IMG/VR virus record: IMGVR_UViG_3300018430_000021
Span: 32,001 to 96,000 of that record
Reading direction: 5' to 3' (one strand)
Length of the DNA: 64,000 bases
Origin: a virus
Lineage: Duplodnaviria > Caudoviricetes
In this document: positions 48,792 through 57,899 of the stretch, one piece after another
How positions within the stretch are numbered: the stretch's first letter is position 1
Layout of the letters: each line of letters begins with the position of its first letter
Notes under the pieces: model-generated
The model's database searches: none
What the model was told of the DNA's origin: nothing
Seen by the model: only the letters and a program-made list of their open reading frames with translations
Program-made: the position numbers and the translations under genes

Positions 48792-49131
48792 ACATTGTTA
48801 TAAGAAATTGCTTCATTACGGATTTAAATGTATAGAACATACTAAAGGTGCACACGAATGGGCTAAATTCGCAAAAGATGATATGACTATACACGTCTAT
48901 AATGATTATACAGAACAAACTAAAGTTTTCAGTATGTTATGTTTAATAAACGGTGAAAAGATTGCGCATACTCTTGGAAACGGTAATCATGCATCTTATG
49001 ACACAAGATATATGTTCAGTGGTTTTGAACATGAACAATTTTTAAATATAGTCTGCATCGGAAAAAGTAACGAAGTTTTAGAAACATTCCGAAAAATCGA
49101 TGTTGAACGAACGCTTAAGTTGTTACCTTAA
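48772..49131 (+). CDS. Tandem paralog family member 13
   Basis: CYKKLLHYGF, FLNIVC, TLKLLP. Confidence 0.8.
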   Translation: MAMITLKHCYKKLLHYGFKCIEHTKGAHEWAKFAKDDMTIHVYNDYTEQTKVFSMLCLINGEKIAHTLGNGNHASYDTRYMFSGFEHEQFLNIVCIGKSNEVLETFRKIDVERTLKLLP

Positions 49132-49169
49132 GGGTTTACAGTTTTATATTTTTTAATTATATTGTGATT

Positions 49170-49517
49170 ATGAAATACAAGAAATGCCGACAGATGTTAC
49201 TTGATGCTGGTTATTATGAGGTTAACTGGGCTGATCTTTATGTATGTCGTTTTCGAAAAGACCGTTATAAGGTAGTTGTATCACAAAATGAATCCGGTAA
49301 CGTAACACGTATTATTTGTTTTGATGAAAAAAATAAACTTGGTAAAGAAGGAAGACTTATTGACACAAAAACCGAAAAAGAACATAAAGACGGTATTTTC
49401 TTTCTAATTCACGGCATTTCAATGCAAGATACTTTGGATATGGTGTGCGGGGATCTTAATCGTCTTGAAGCAAAAATGAATAATTATCTTACATTGGAAG
49501 CCATAGAGAAACTATAA
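49170..49517 (+). CDS. Tandem paralog family member 14, leaderless
   Basis: Promoter 49135/49158; CRQMLLDAGY; EAIEKL. Confidence 0.8.
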   Translation: MKYKKCRQMLLDAGYYEVNWADLYVCRFRKDRYKVVVSQNESGNVTRIICFDEKNKLGKEGRLIDTKTEKEHKDGIFFLIHGISMQDTLDMVCGDLNRLEAKMNNYLTLEAIEKL

Positions 49518-49858
49518 TGCGACTCGAATATGTAAAAAACGTACTTGACAATAACGGTTATCATATCGACGATAAGTCGGGTTGGACTGTCGATGCTTCT
49601 CGAGGTAACATTAAAATCTATGCTACCTGTCCTTATGATAATATTGGAAATGTACAGCTTATAACCATTTATATTGATGATACGCGAGCTATTTCCAGTG
49701 TAAGCACGTATTATACAGATATTCCTAAAATGTTTAAGTATAATAATTTTGAACTTAACGAAATTATTGCCCTTATTGAAAACAGTAGAAATTCAGGCGA
49801 TTTACTTAAATATGCCGGTGAATGGACTACGGAGAAAATCTTAAATGTATTACAGTGA
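49517..49858 (+). CDS. Tandem paralog family member 15
   Basis: LDNNGY, KILNVLQ. Confidence 0.75.
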   Translation: MRLEYVKNVLDNNGYHIDDKSGWTVDASRGNIKIYATCPYDNIGNVQLITIYIDDTRAISSVSTYYTDIPKMFKYNNFELNEIIALIENSRNSGDLLKYAGEWTTEKILNVLQ

Positions 49859-50228
49859 AGATGACTATGGTTTAGGATGCGAAGCAAATGATGTATTAAA
49901 CCGGCTTATACGGGCCGGTTATCGATTTAATTTTTCCGATGTAAATTCCAGAGACGTTAGGCACATGTATAAAGATGATATAAACGTGTATATATCATTT
50001 CATACTAATAAAGGAAAAAGTTATGTCGATAGTATGCAATGCGTAAAAAATGAAGTAGGAATAGCTACTACATATAAAAAAGCATATGTTAATAGTTTGC
50101 CTATACAATATATGTTTTGCGAAGTTGACCCTATTACATTTATGACAATAGTATGCAATAAGACAAATAAGCTGGTTCAAGAATTCGCTGAATGGAACGC
50201 AGACAAGATATTGTCAAAACTTAAATAG
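49845..50228 (+). CDS. Tandem paralog family member 16
   Basis: LIRAGY, IATTY, FMTIVC, KILSKLK. Confidence 0.8.
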   Translation: MYYSEDDYGLGCEANDVLNRLIRAGYRFNFSDVNSRDVRHMYKDDINVYISFHTNKGKSYVDSMQCVKNEVGIATTYKKAYVNSLPIQYMFCEVDPITFMTIVCNKTNKLVQEFAEWNADKILSKLK

Positions 50229-50229
50229 C

Positions 50230-50991
50230 TTAATGTTCAATTCCTATTGCTTTGATAAGTTCCTGTGGTACCACCGCAAGGAACTGTTCTTTTTCTACAT
50301 CGGTAAGATTCTTGAAGTCTGTACGGGCGAATCCCTTGAACACAATATCAGCCATGAGATTCTTGGTAATAATATCGAGCTCGCCTGGAGAAACTTTTAA
50401 TGTTTCGACTTCGTTTCTTCCCTTAACAACAGATTCCATTTCATGGAACTTGTAAAGCGTGACCAACTGCATGAGCCAGCAAGGATCATATTCTGCAAAG
50501 AAATCCCAGACAAAGCCCGGAAGAATTTCCGGCCACGGTGATTCACAAAGAAGTTCCACCTGTTCACGCATCATGTTCGGATGAAGAAGACTGTGACTGA
50601 GTTTAATATCCTTCAAATCTTCCTTGGAAAGTTTCTTCTTGAAATTCTTGGTATTGTATTCCATACCCTGAGCGTGACGAACCTTAAACGCTTTCTTTCT
50701 CAAACGGGAGATTGATTTCTGTTTTGCCTTACGCTTGATAGCGGCTTTCTTCTGGCCTTTCTTACGGTTGATTCTTTCTTTGTTTGTAATGAATACTTCT
50801 TTAGGCTGTCCAGACTTTCTGTCAATCTGAACACGGTATTTACCCTTACGAGTAGTAACCCACTTAACGACACGCTTGCCGTTTCGAATAACGAATTTCT
50901 TTTTAAGAGCTTCGTCAAGAACCTGAAGATTTTCTTCGGTTGGTTCTTCCAAGTATTGTGCGTTATTCTGTGTGTATTCTAAGAAGTTCAT
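50230..50991 (-). CDS. Basic prohead-core-like protein (gp68-like) with acidic extension
   Basis: IRNGK..ERINRKKGQKKAAIKRK; paralog of 50994. Confidence 0.5.
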   Translation of the reverse strand: MNFLEYTQNNAQYLEEPTEENLQVLDEALKKKFVIRNGKRVVKWVTTRKGKYRVQIDRKSGQPKEVFITNKERINRKKGQKKAAIKRKAKQKSISRLRKKAFKVRHAQGMEYNTKNFKKKLSKEDLKDIKLSHSLLHPNMMREQVELLCESPWPEILPGFVWDFFAEYDPCWLMQLVTLYKFHEMESVVKGRNEVETLKVSPGELDIITKNLMADIVFKGFARTDFKNLTDVEKEQFLAVVPQELIKAIGIEH

Positions 50992-50993
50992 AA

Positions 50994-51326
50994 TTATTCC
51001 TCTGGTCGACCGATTTCGAGACCTAATCTTTCAGCCTTGTCCTTACCTTTTTCAATATGTTTCTTTATCTGACCCATTTTGGCGTTGCGTTTCATCTGAC
51101 CGACTTTTTGACCGCGCTTTCTATTGGCTATTTCTTTACCGGACATTTTAACTTCTACACCGTCCTTCATCTTATAGCCTTCCTTGTCGGAAACATATTT
51201 GGTTTCTTTCTTGCCGTTACGAACCCTAATATCCTTATGTTTTTCGTTTAACACCTTTTCATCATCCAAGGTGAACGGTTCCAAATGGTCTTCTACATAT
51301 TGTATAAAATCGGAAAGTTTACTCAT
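50994..51326 (-). CDS. Basic prohead-core-like protein (gp68-like)
   Basis: LNE then VRNGK..GYK..VKMS..RKRGQK; late promoter upstream. Confidence 0.5.
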   Translation of the reverse strand: MSKLSDFIQYVEDHLEPFTLDDEKVLNEKHKDIRVRNGKKETKYVSDKEGYKMKDGVEVKMSGKEIANRKRGQKVGQMKRNAKMGQIKKHIEKGKDKAERLGLEIGRPEE

Positions 51327-51330
51327 ATCA

Positions 51331-51338
51331 TATTTATA
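51331..51338 (-). promoter_or_regulatory. T4-type late promoter TATAAATA
   Basis: Exact consensus on the minus strand before 51326. Confidence 0.65.
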
Positions 51339-51366
51339 ATCTTAAAGGATTTACTATATTTACTTC

Positions 51367-52575
51367 ATGGACTTAGTATCAATAGAAGAAGGCACAAAAG
51401 ATTATCAAATGTTACAGAACAGAAACTTAATTTCTGGTGTTACCGAATTCTTTTCTAAAATTAAAAAGGAAGATTCCGATGATTTTAAACCGGATCCTAA
51501 TGCGGATGAATATGAATTATTCGCTGAACTTTTAGATAAGAATAAACCGAATAGTAGCGAGCTCGCATGGATGGAATCATATACGAAGAAAATCGTAGAT
51601 GAGAAAGCCACGGAATACGGCGTAAATCTTACCGAAGCCGAACATGCACTTAATCAGCTTGTCGAACAACTTACTGAAGTGAGAGCAAAAGAATTTCTTG
51701 CCCTTGACGGTTATGAACGAAATCGTTTCTTATTGCTGGTTGTCGCAGGTATCTATATTCAGATGAAGTCTGGTCTTGGTTTCACATTTACATACGACGG
51801 CAGCGAAGATTATTTCTTGCAGTTCTTTACACCGCGACAGGACTACGTTTTTGCACTTCGTTTCAAGAGAAAGTTTAAATTCTCTTGGAAAGAAATTGAA
51901 TATACACTTTATGCAAAATCCTTCATAGATAATTATACCAAGGATTTCACGGATCCGACCAGTTATGACTGGTTGGAACTTGGAAAGTATTTATCTGATT
52001 TATTCCTTGAAATGTGTAAGGAAATTGTTGGAATTATTACAAGTCATTTGAATAAAGTACAGCATACATGTAAAGATTTAAACGATTTGGACAATTTGAT
52101 TAATACTTCTGACCCTTATTTGAAAAAGAAATTCGATGAAAATTTGGAAGCTAATCACCATCGTTTTACGAAAAAGAATTTTTCGCAGGCTGATGACCTT
52201 TTAACGAAAATAAATTTTTACAAACAGGGTCTTGGCGAGCTTTCTTATTATATCATGCAAGATGAAAATATTACAAAGTATATTCCTGGCATGAGCGATG
52301 AAGTTAAGCTTTCAACTATCGGTTACGGTGTAGAATATACTGTTATCGGTGGAATTTATAACAGCTTAAGGAATATCGCTTTTGTATTGTTCGGTAATAT
52401 GTTTGCAATATGTTATTCCGGATTAACACTTCGTACAAACGCATTGATGGGTCTTGAAACCTTATGGAAAATGGATATTGGCAAACTGGTACAGGATTTT
52501 GAACCATTTTATCAGAAGTATAAAATGAATCAGGAAAAAATCAACCAGTTAATGGATATAGAATTTTTCATGTAA
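51367..52575 (+). CDS. Hypothetical protein, leaderless
   Basis: 402-aa ORF; ATG 6 nt after TATATT. Confidence 0.8.
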   Translation: MDLVSIEEGTKDYQMLQNRNLISGVTEFFSKIKKEDSDDFKPDPNADEYELFAELLDKNKPNSSELAWMESYTKKIVDEKATEYGVNLTEAEHALNQLVEQLTEVRAKEFLALDGYERNRFLLLVVAGIYIQMKSGLGFTFTYDGSEDYFLQFFTPRQDYVFALRFKRKFKFSWKEIEYTLYAKSFIDNYTKDFTDPTSYDWLELGKYLSDLFLEMCKEIVGIITSHLNKVQHTCKDLNDLDNLINTSDPYLKKKFDENLEANHHRFTKKNFSQADDLLTKINFYKQGLGELSYYIMQDENITKYIPGMSDEVKLSTIGYGVEYTVIGGIYNSLRNIAFVLFGNMFAICYSGLTLRTNALMGLETLWKMDIGKLVQDFEPFYQKYKMNQEKINQLMDIEFFM

Positions 52576-52625
52576 AAAGGGTTTACGAAAAGTAATATAT
52601 ATTGTATATTATTGTGAGGTGACCC

Positions 52626-53006
52626 ATGAAAGTTGAATATTTGACACAGGAACAGATAGAATCCCGAACAAAGGGGTTGCAGGATTATTTCCTGATTTTT
52701 GATAATAAACCGTCTGTTAAAGGATGTGTCATGTGTACATTGCCGTTAAACGATAAATCTTTAACTCATGACCTTGATAGGTATATGATGGATTTTTGGC
52801 GTGGAACACACCAGGTTCTTTACTCTACTTTCTGTGTAGCATGTAAGGAACCTTCTTTGATTGTCCACGATAACGGCCATGGAAATCGAGTTTACGAGAA
52901 GAATAATCAGTTTTGGATTGAAGATGTAAATATCGGTGAATATTACGATACGATTCGACAAAAAGTTGATAATTTGAAACTTGTTGAAATTATAGACGAG
53001 CTATGA
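52626..53006 (+). CDS. Hypothetical protein with tail (VEIIDEL)
   Basis: Promoter and GAGGT RBS. Confidence 0.75.
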   Translation: MKVEYLTQEQIESRTKGLQDYFLIFDNKPSVKGCVMCTLPLNDKSLTHDLDRYMMDFWRGTHQVLYSTFCVACKEPSLIVHDNGHGNRVYEKNNQFWIEDVNIGEYYDTIRQKVDNLKLVEIIDEL

Positions 53007-53290
53007 TATACAATTATTGGACAGATCGGCTTAATGAAGCGGCTTCTAATTTTAATGTCAAGTTTGATGTTTATACAAGTAGGTTTCTTCCAAATACGAT
53101 TATTCTAAGAACACAATCCGATCAATGTCCATTACCAGGAGGATATTTTTATTGTTATGACCAACAGTTTACAAACCGTGAAAAGTTGTTGGACATATTA
53201 AATAAACTTATATCAGATGATAAATTCCGATATAACTGGTGTAAAAAATTTTTTGACGAATATCACGATTATATTTTAACAGGCCTATGA
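53003..53290 (+). CDS. Hypothetical protein
   Basis: ATGA overlap. Confidence 0.7.
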   Translation: MIYNYWTDRLNEAASNFNVKFDVYTSRFLPNTIILRTQSDQCPLPGGYFYCYDQQFTNREKLLDILNKLISDDKFRYNWCKKFFDEYHDYILTGL

Positions 53291-53586
53291 CTTCTTCAAA
53301 AATGTATAAACTGGTAAATCAGTTTAATGAAAAAGAACCGAAAGAATTAGAACTTATATACCGTCCTTGGGAAAAACCTGAAGACAGGATTTTTATTGAA
53401 CCTGCTGATTTTGCTGCCAATAAATTTATGGTAGGAAATAAAGGTATATATTGTAGAACGGTTTATGCTCCTGGTTTTACCGATGAACAAGTTCTTGAAG
53501 CTCTTGTAGAAGGCAAGTTTGAATTCTATAAAAAATTTTGTGATATGTATACAGAATGTATTATCGATACCGACGGTGAAGGTTAA
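53287..53586 (+). CDS. Hypothetical protein
   Basis: ATGA overlap; KF..KKF.D.Y end resembles 53003. Confidence 0.7.
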   Translation: MTSSKMYKLVNQFNEKEPKELELIYRPWEKPEDRIFIEPADFAANKFMVGNKGIYCRTVYAPGFTDEQVLEALVEGKFEFYKKFCDMYTECIIDTDGEG

Positions 53587-53589
53587 TCT

Positions 53590-54009
53590 ATGTTTGTTAC
53601 AGAAAATAGAGGAATAGATACATTTAGATATATTTTAAATGAAGCAAAAGCTGTAGGTTTTAAAGGTTCAATCAATCTTGCTCCGCAGAAAGGACTTTGT
53701 TTAAATACATTGGTATATGACGTTCCAAATGGACAGCTTACATTGAAATATTTTTTAACACAGACAAGTGAAGACGAACCTATTGTTGGAAACATGTGGT
53801 TGAATTTTTCATCTATGGTACCAATGTATGATAGACAGTTGATTTCACTTTGCGGCGGTTATGCTGATAATAATGTAGGCCCGAAAGTTTTTGTTGATTT
53901 ATTGAAGCATATCGATACCATAAAAGACCATTTAAAAATCGGCGAAGATGATGAAGAAATAGCCATACAAAAATGGATAAATGATTCATGTTTTGAGGCG
54001 TTGGATTAG
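53590..54009 (+). CDS. Hypothetical protein with tail (SCFEALD)
   Basis: Operonic. Confidence 0.75.
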   Translation: MFVTENRGIDTFRYILNEAKAVGFKGSINLAPQKGLCLNTLVYDVPNGQLTLKYFLTQTSEDEPIVGNMWLNFSSMVPMYDRQLISLCGGYADNNVGPKVFVDLLKHIDTIKDHLKIGEDDEEIAIQKWINDSCFEALD

Positions 54010-54039
54010 CACAATTTTTGCTATATTTAAGGAGAGATT

Positions 54040-54525
54040 ATGAACCACATTGAACTAGACAATCAAGCAGTAGAAATCGTTTTCGAAAATTGTGAAACGA
54101 TTAATATCGATATGTGGGCCATAAAGTCTCTTACTTTCGATACCGTTTGTGATAGATATATCTGGGATGAACATCATAAGAATTTTATAACATCGACCAT
54201 CATTACTGATATAAAAATGGTTTTCGATATTCGTGACTGGAAAGATTTTCATCATACTGCGAGATTAATCGACACAAAAACATTAAAAGAAGACGGTGAA
54301 AAATGTATTGACCGTCTTAGATTTAGTGACGATATTACACATATTGTCATTAACGGTAAATCGTTTACTATTCCGTGGAAACGTACTGAAGCTGGAAAAG
54401 ATTCATTAGGTATTCCTTGGTATAAGAATGTATTGCAGAAAAATACAGAGTCAACTAATACACATGACGGGCATCAACTGTTAACTATTGAAGTGAAAGG
54501 CGTACCAAAAGAATGTATGGAATAG
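54040..54525 (+). CDS. Hypothetical protein (FENCE motif)
   Basis: AAGGAG RBS. Confidence 0.75.
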   Translation: MNHIELDNQAVEIVFENCETINIDMWAIKSLTFDTVCDRYIWDEHHKNFITSTIITDIKMVFDIRDWKDFHHTARLIDTKTLKEDGEKCIDRLRFSDDITHIVINGKSFTIPWKRTEAGKDSLGIPWYKNVLQKNTESTNTHDGHQLLTIEVKGVPKECME

Positions 54526-54896
54526 CTATTGCCAATAAAGATTTTAAAAATCCATTGGATCAAATAAAAGAAAAATTTGAAAGTTATAAAGGCACTAATA
54601 GAATACAATTCTTTGCTAATATTAGTGCTGATTATATAGTTTTTTGCAATGCAGTTATTACCTACGATTTTGCGAATATCCGTATTTATTTAAGAGCGGC
54701 ATTACGATTAAATGAAGAATTTTATGTAACTGTAGTTAATGGCGGTAATAGACTTTATGAAAGAATTTGTAAACTGGACGAATTGTATGAAGTTATGGAT
54801 GAGTTTGTTTACACGATTAAATCCATAGCATTTAAAATTGGTGTTATTGAATTTATGGAATATTGGAAAAATTTAAGCGCGGTAGATAACTTATGA
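54513..54896 (+). CDS. Hypothetical protein with tail (LSAVDNL)
   Basis: Overlapping operon. Confidence 0.7.
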   Translation: MYGIAIANKDFKNPLDQIKEKFESYKGTNRIQFFANISADYIVFCNAVITYDFANIRIYLRAALRLNEEFYVTVVNGGNRLYERICKLDELYEVMDEFVYTIKSIAFKIGVIEFMEYWKNLSAVDNL

Positions 54897-55270
54897 TAAT
54901 TGATAATATAGATTATTCTGTAACTGAAATACGAGAAATGATTAGACGTTTTCTCGTTGAAAAAGGATATGACCCTAACGGCGACTGGTATTTTTTAAAG
55001 CCGAGGGGAGTTATTGATATACGTATAAATCCCGTTTGTACATATTCATATAATACTACACCTGGTATTCCTAACGAACGTGTAGACGTATATTTTAACG
55101 GCGTTATAAACGGAAAAGGCGATTTTATTTGTTATAAAATATATACACCCGAAGACTTTAAAGAGGTCTTAGGTTTTATTGAACGTATAGGCGAAGCTGC
55201 AGCTTCTGAAGAACGCCTTAAGGCGATTTATTCAAATTTGGAAGATGTAATTAAGGTTGGGCAGTTATAG
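54893..55270 (+). CDS. Hypothetical protein with tail (VIKVGQL)
   Basis: ATGA overlap. Confidence 0.7.
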   Translation: MIIDNIDYSVTEIREMIRRFLVEKGYDPNGDWYFLKPRGVIDIRINPVCTYSYNTTPGIPNERVDVYFNGVINGKGDFICYKIYTPEDFKEVLGFIERIGEAAASEERLKAIYSNLEDVIKVGQL

Positions 55271-55595
55271 TTTTCGGTTCTCTATAATCACCTGTAAAGA
55301 ATTCATAGAATACGTTTCCATAATAGGTTTCATATTCTACAGCATAACCGTTAATATCCGATGTCGGATAGATATTATGGATCTGCAATTTTGTAGGTCC
55401 ATTTATGCTATGGTGTCCGTTCTTGCACTCAGGATGCCAGATAAGTCTATGATGTGTAGGGCAAAATGAAAGAACAACTTGGGAATTCAAACGGTTTCCA
55501 AGTTCTTTAGGTATAATGTGATGATATTCAATTTCATTACGATTATGTGTATGATAAGTACATCCAGGCCAATGGCATTTATAAACAATTTCCAT
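55251..55595 (-). CDS. Small HNH-like endonuclease
   Basis: CHWPGC, EYHHIIP, CPTHH; true start MEIVYK at 55595. Confidence 0.7.
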   Translation of the reverse strand: MEIVYKCHWPGCTYHTHNRNEIEYHHIIPKELGNRLNSQVVLSFCPTHHRLIWHPECKNGHHSINGPTKLQIHNIYPTSDINGYAVEYETYYGNVFYEFFTGDYREPKTITAQP

Positions 55596-55609
55596 ATTGT
55601 ATATATTAA

Positions 55610-55637
55610 AAAACCGACTATAAAATAGTCGGTTTTC
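55610..55637. terminator. Intrinsic terminator (bidirectional shape)
   Basis: aaaaccgacta-taaaa-tagtcggtttt. Confidence 0.75.
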
Positions 55638-55659
55638 TAAATTTTGTTTTATCGAATTA

Positions 55660-56721
55660 TTAGACAGCTTCGATAGAGCAGCCGAGACCTTCGATGGTTT
55701 CAACAGCCTTAGCAATCCACTTCGGAGTACCGGTGATAGCAACGGTGTTGGAATCAGCATCGATTTCGTAGGTGACTTCGGAAAGGTCGGTAAGAGCAAC
55801 TTCAGCAATGTCAGTATCTTCAACAGTGAAGGTCTTAGTTTCACGCTGAGAGCGGTTAACCGGTTCCTTAGCGGCAACGTCAACAACGAGGTCAGCAGTC
55901 TTCGGATGAGCTGCGAGAGCTTCAGAAGCCTTAGCAATAGCGTTGGAGGTACCAACGATGCTGATGGAAGAACCATCTTCTGCGATAGTAGCATTAACAC
56001 CGGCCTTAGCAAGGATAGCCTTGACGAGGTTCGGGTTGCCTTCGTAAGCAGAAAGGTCGATAGTTGCAGCACCCTGGTTACGACGACGCGGAGCGACATC
56101 ACCAGCAGCCATAGAATCAATCTTCATTTCGCACTGAGCAATCTTACCAGCAATCTTGGCAGCGTCAGCACCCTTCATGCCGCGGACCATTTCGAGACGG
56201 TTGCGAAGAGCTTCGATACCGGCTTCAGAAGTAGAACCAGAACGGCAGGAGTTAAGAAGACAGTCTACGCAACGTTCAACGTTACCGGCTTCATAAGCCT
56301 GGGCGAAGTTACCACCCTTATCGGCACGAGCACCGTTACCCTTATTCTTCTTCTGGATGAGGGAAATGTCGTCATTTTCAGCAGCTTCGAGATAACCATC
56401 TTCTTCGAAAGCCTTGAGAATGTCCAAGTCATCACCGTCAATCGAGTCTTCCTTGGCCTTCAAAGCGTTATAAGCGTTGATATAGGCCTGAGCGTTAGCC
56501 ATGCTTCCGCTTGCACCCGGACGAGACTTCTTAGAGTCCATTGACTTCTTAGCGCGGAGAAGTGCCTTACCTTCTTCGGTCTTCGGGGCGGTCATAGCCA
56601 TTTCAGTGAGAAGGTCATTCTTAGCGCTTTCGAGAATAGCGGCAACTTCATCGAGAACTGTCGGCTTCTTCACAGTATAGCCGATAGACTGTAGCATTGT
56701 TTTTGCTTCAAATAAGTTCAT
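55660..56721 (-). CDS. Late, Ala-rich hypothetical protein; possible internal head protein
   Basis: TATAAATA at 56759-56766 (minus); N-terminal LFE, ILE and LTE motifs. Confidence 0.7.
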   Translation of the reverse strand: MNLFEAKTMLQSIGYTVKKPTVLDEVAAILESAKNDLLTEMAMTAPKTEEGKALLRAKKSMDSKKSRPGASGSMANAQAYINAYNALKAKEDSIDGDDLDILKAFEEDGYLEAAENDDISLIQKKNKGNGARADKGGNFAQAYEAGNVERCVDCLLNSCRSGSTSEAGIEALRNRLEMVRGMKGADAAKIAGKIAQCEMKIDSMAAGDVAPRRRNQGAATIDLSAYEGNPNLVKAILAKAGVNATIAEDGSSISIVGTSNAIAKASEALAAHPKTADLVVDVAAKEPVNRSQRETKTFTVEDTDIAEVALTDLSEVTYEIDADSNTVAITGTPKWIAKAVETIEGLGCSIEAV

Positions 56722-56758
56722 GTTAATCTCCTTATAATAATTATTATAACTTATATCT

Positions 56759-56802
56759 TATTTATAGAACTTTTAGAATTATTCCTGTAATATTTATAAA
56801 TA
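56759..56802. promoter_or_regulatory. Divergent T4-type late promoters
   Basis: TATAAATA on minus (56759-66, 56791-98) and on plus (56795-802). Confidence 0.65.
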
Positions 56803-56825
56803 ATAAAAAGAATTTAGGAGTGACT

Positions 56826-57830
56826 ATGATACTATTTGAAAATAAGGAAGAAACTTTCGGATTGGCTGATATTGACTCCGATTACGAAATGCTCATGGCC
56901 GAAGATCTGGAAGTTAGCGCACCTGTTGCCAAGCTTCACTTCAACTCTGACCGTCAGTTTGACTCAATTTTGCCTATCGAAATCAAAGTTGATTGTAAAT
57001 TGCCAGAAGTTGAGCAAAAATTCGTAACAGTTCAATATAATCCGGTCAACGTCGACAAGAATTTTGATATTAACATGCTTGATGACAAGGATTACGAAGC
57101 TGATGAAACTTCTGACGGTTTTATTGTTTCTGTAAGCAATTTGTTCAAGCTTTCCAAGAAACTTAAGGCTACTTTTAACCGTTCTGTTATCTATCCATTC
57201 GATAATACGAGTAAAAATGATAAGGTTAATAAGTATTTGGAAAATCCTCGAAAGGACCTTTTCGACAAGATTAGAGAATACGTAAAGGAACTTGTTTATT
57301 CTGTAGACGAATATAAGGCAATCTTCAACCGTCAGTCTGCACGTAACCAGGCTACTCGTGAAGAAAAGAAACAGGCAGCAATCGATAAATGGCGTGCCGG
57401 TCGTACAAATCTGGAAATTCTTCGTGATGAAATCAAGAAAAATCCGGATGTCGAAAGCGCAACTATTACCGACCGTGCTCAGAAGGGATTGTTCACCAAG
57501 CTTCTTCGTGTTATCTTCAAGGGACGTAAGATTTTCGATATTAAGAGTAATGACGCTGGTACTAACTTTATGGTTCAGAAGCTTGGCGACATGTTCAACG
57601 TGTTCAAGACTTATGACTATCGTAAGATTGAAGACTGGATGGTTAAGAGCTATGAAAAGACAATGGAAGCTGAATTGCTCAAGGGTATGACCAACCGTCA
57701 ACGTGCTGAATATCATGCTAAACATCGTATGAAGGATGAACCTAAGGACGATGATGATGATTGGGGAGATGACAATTTCGATACTTCTTGGCTTGACGCC
57801 GAAGACGAAAAACTCCAAGCATCCCGCTAA
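56826..57830 (+). CDS. Late hypothetical protein with acidic C-terminus
   Basis: AGGAG RBS; late promoter. Confidence 0.8.
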   Translation: MILFENKEETFGLADIDSDYEMLMAEDLEVSAPVAKLHFNSDRQFDSILPIEIKVDCKLPEVEQKFVTVQYNPVNVDKNFDINMLDDKDYEADETSDGFIVSVSNLFKLSKKLKATFNRSVIYPFDNTSKNDKVNKYLENPRKDLFDKIREYVKELVYSVDEYKAIFNRQSARNQATREEKKQAAIDKWRAGRTNLEILRDEIKKNPDVESATITDRAQKGLFTKLLRVIFKGRKIFDIKSNDAGTNFMVQKLGDMFNVFKTYDYRKIEDWMVKSYEKTMEAELLKGMTNRQRAEYHAKHRMKDEPKDDDDDWGDDNFDTSWLDAEDEKLQASR

Positions 57831-57847
57831 TTAAAAATTAAATAATA

Positions 57848-57877
57848 AAAAACTCAGGTATTGCTACCTGAGTTTTT
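57848..57877. terminator. Bidirectional terminator between convergent genes
   Basis: aaaaactcaggta-ttgc-tacctgagttttt. Confidence 0.85.
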
Positions 57878-57899
57878 CTTTTCCTCACTCACTAACAAA

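Noticed and set aside
44322-50228. Diversity-generating retroelement behind the paralog array
   Set aside because: There is no reverse transcriptase in the window and no near-identical template/variable repeat pair differing only at adenines.
55596-56120. N-terminal 175 aa of the ORF-track entry 55251..56120
   Set aside because: It is an alternate frame of the 55660 gene and crosses a terminator; the real HNH gene starts at 55595.
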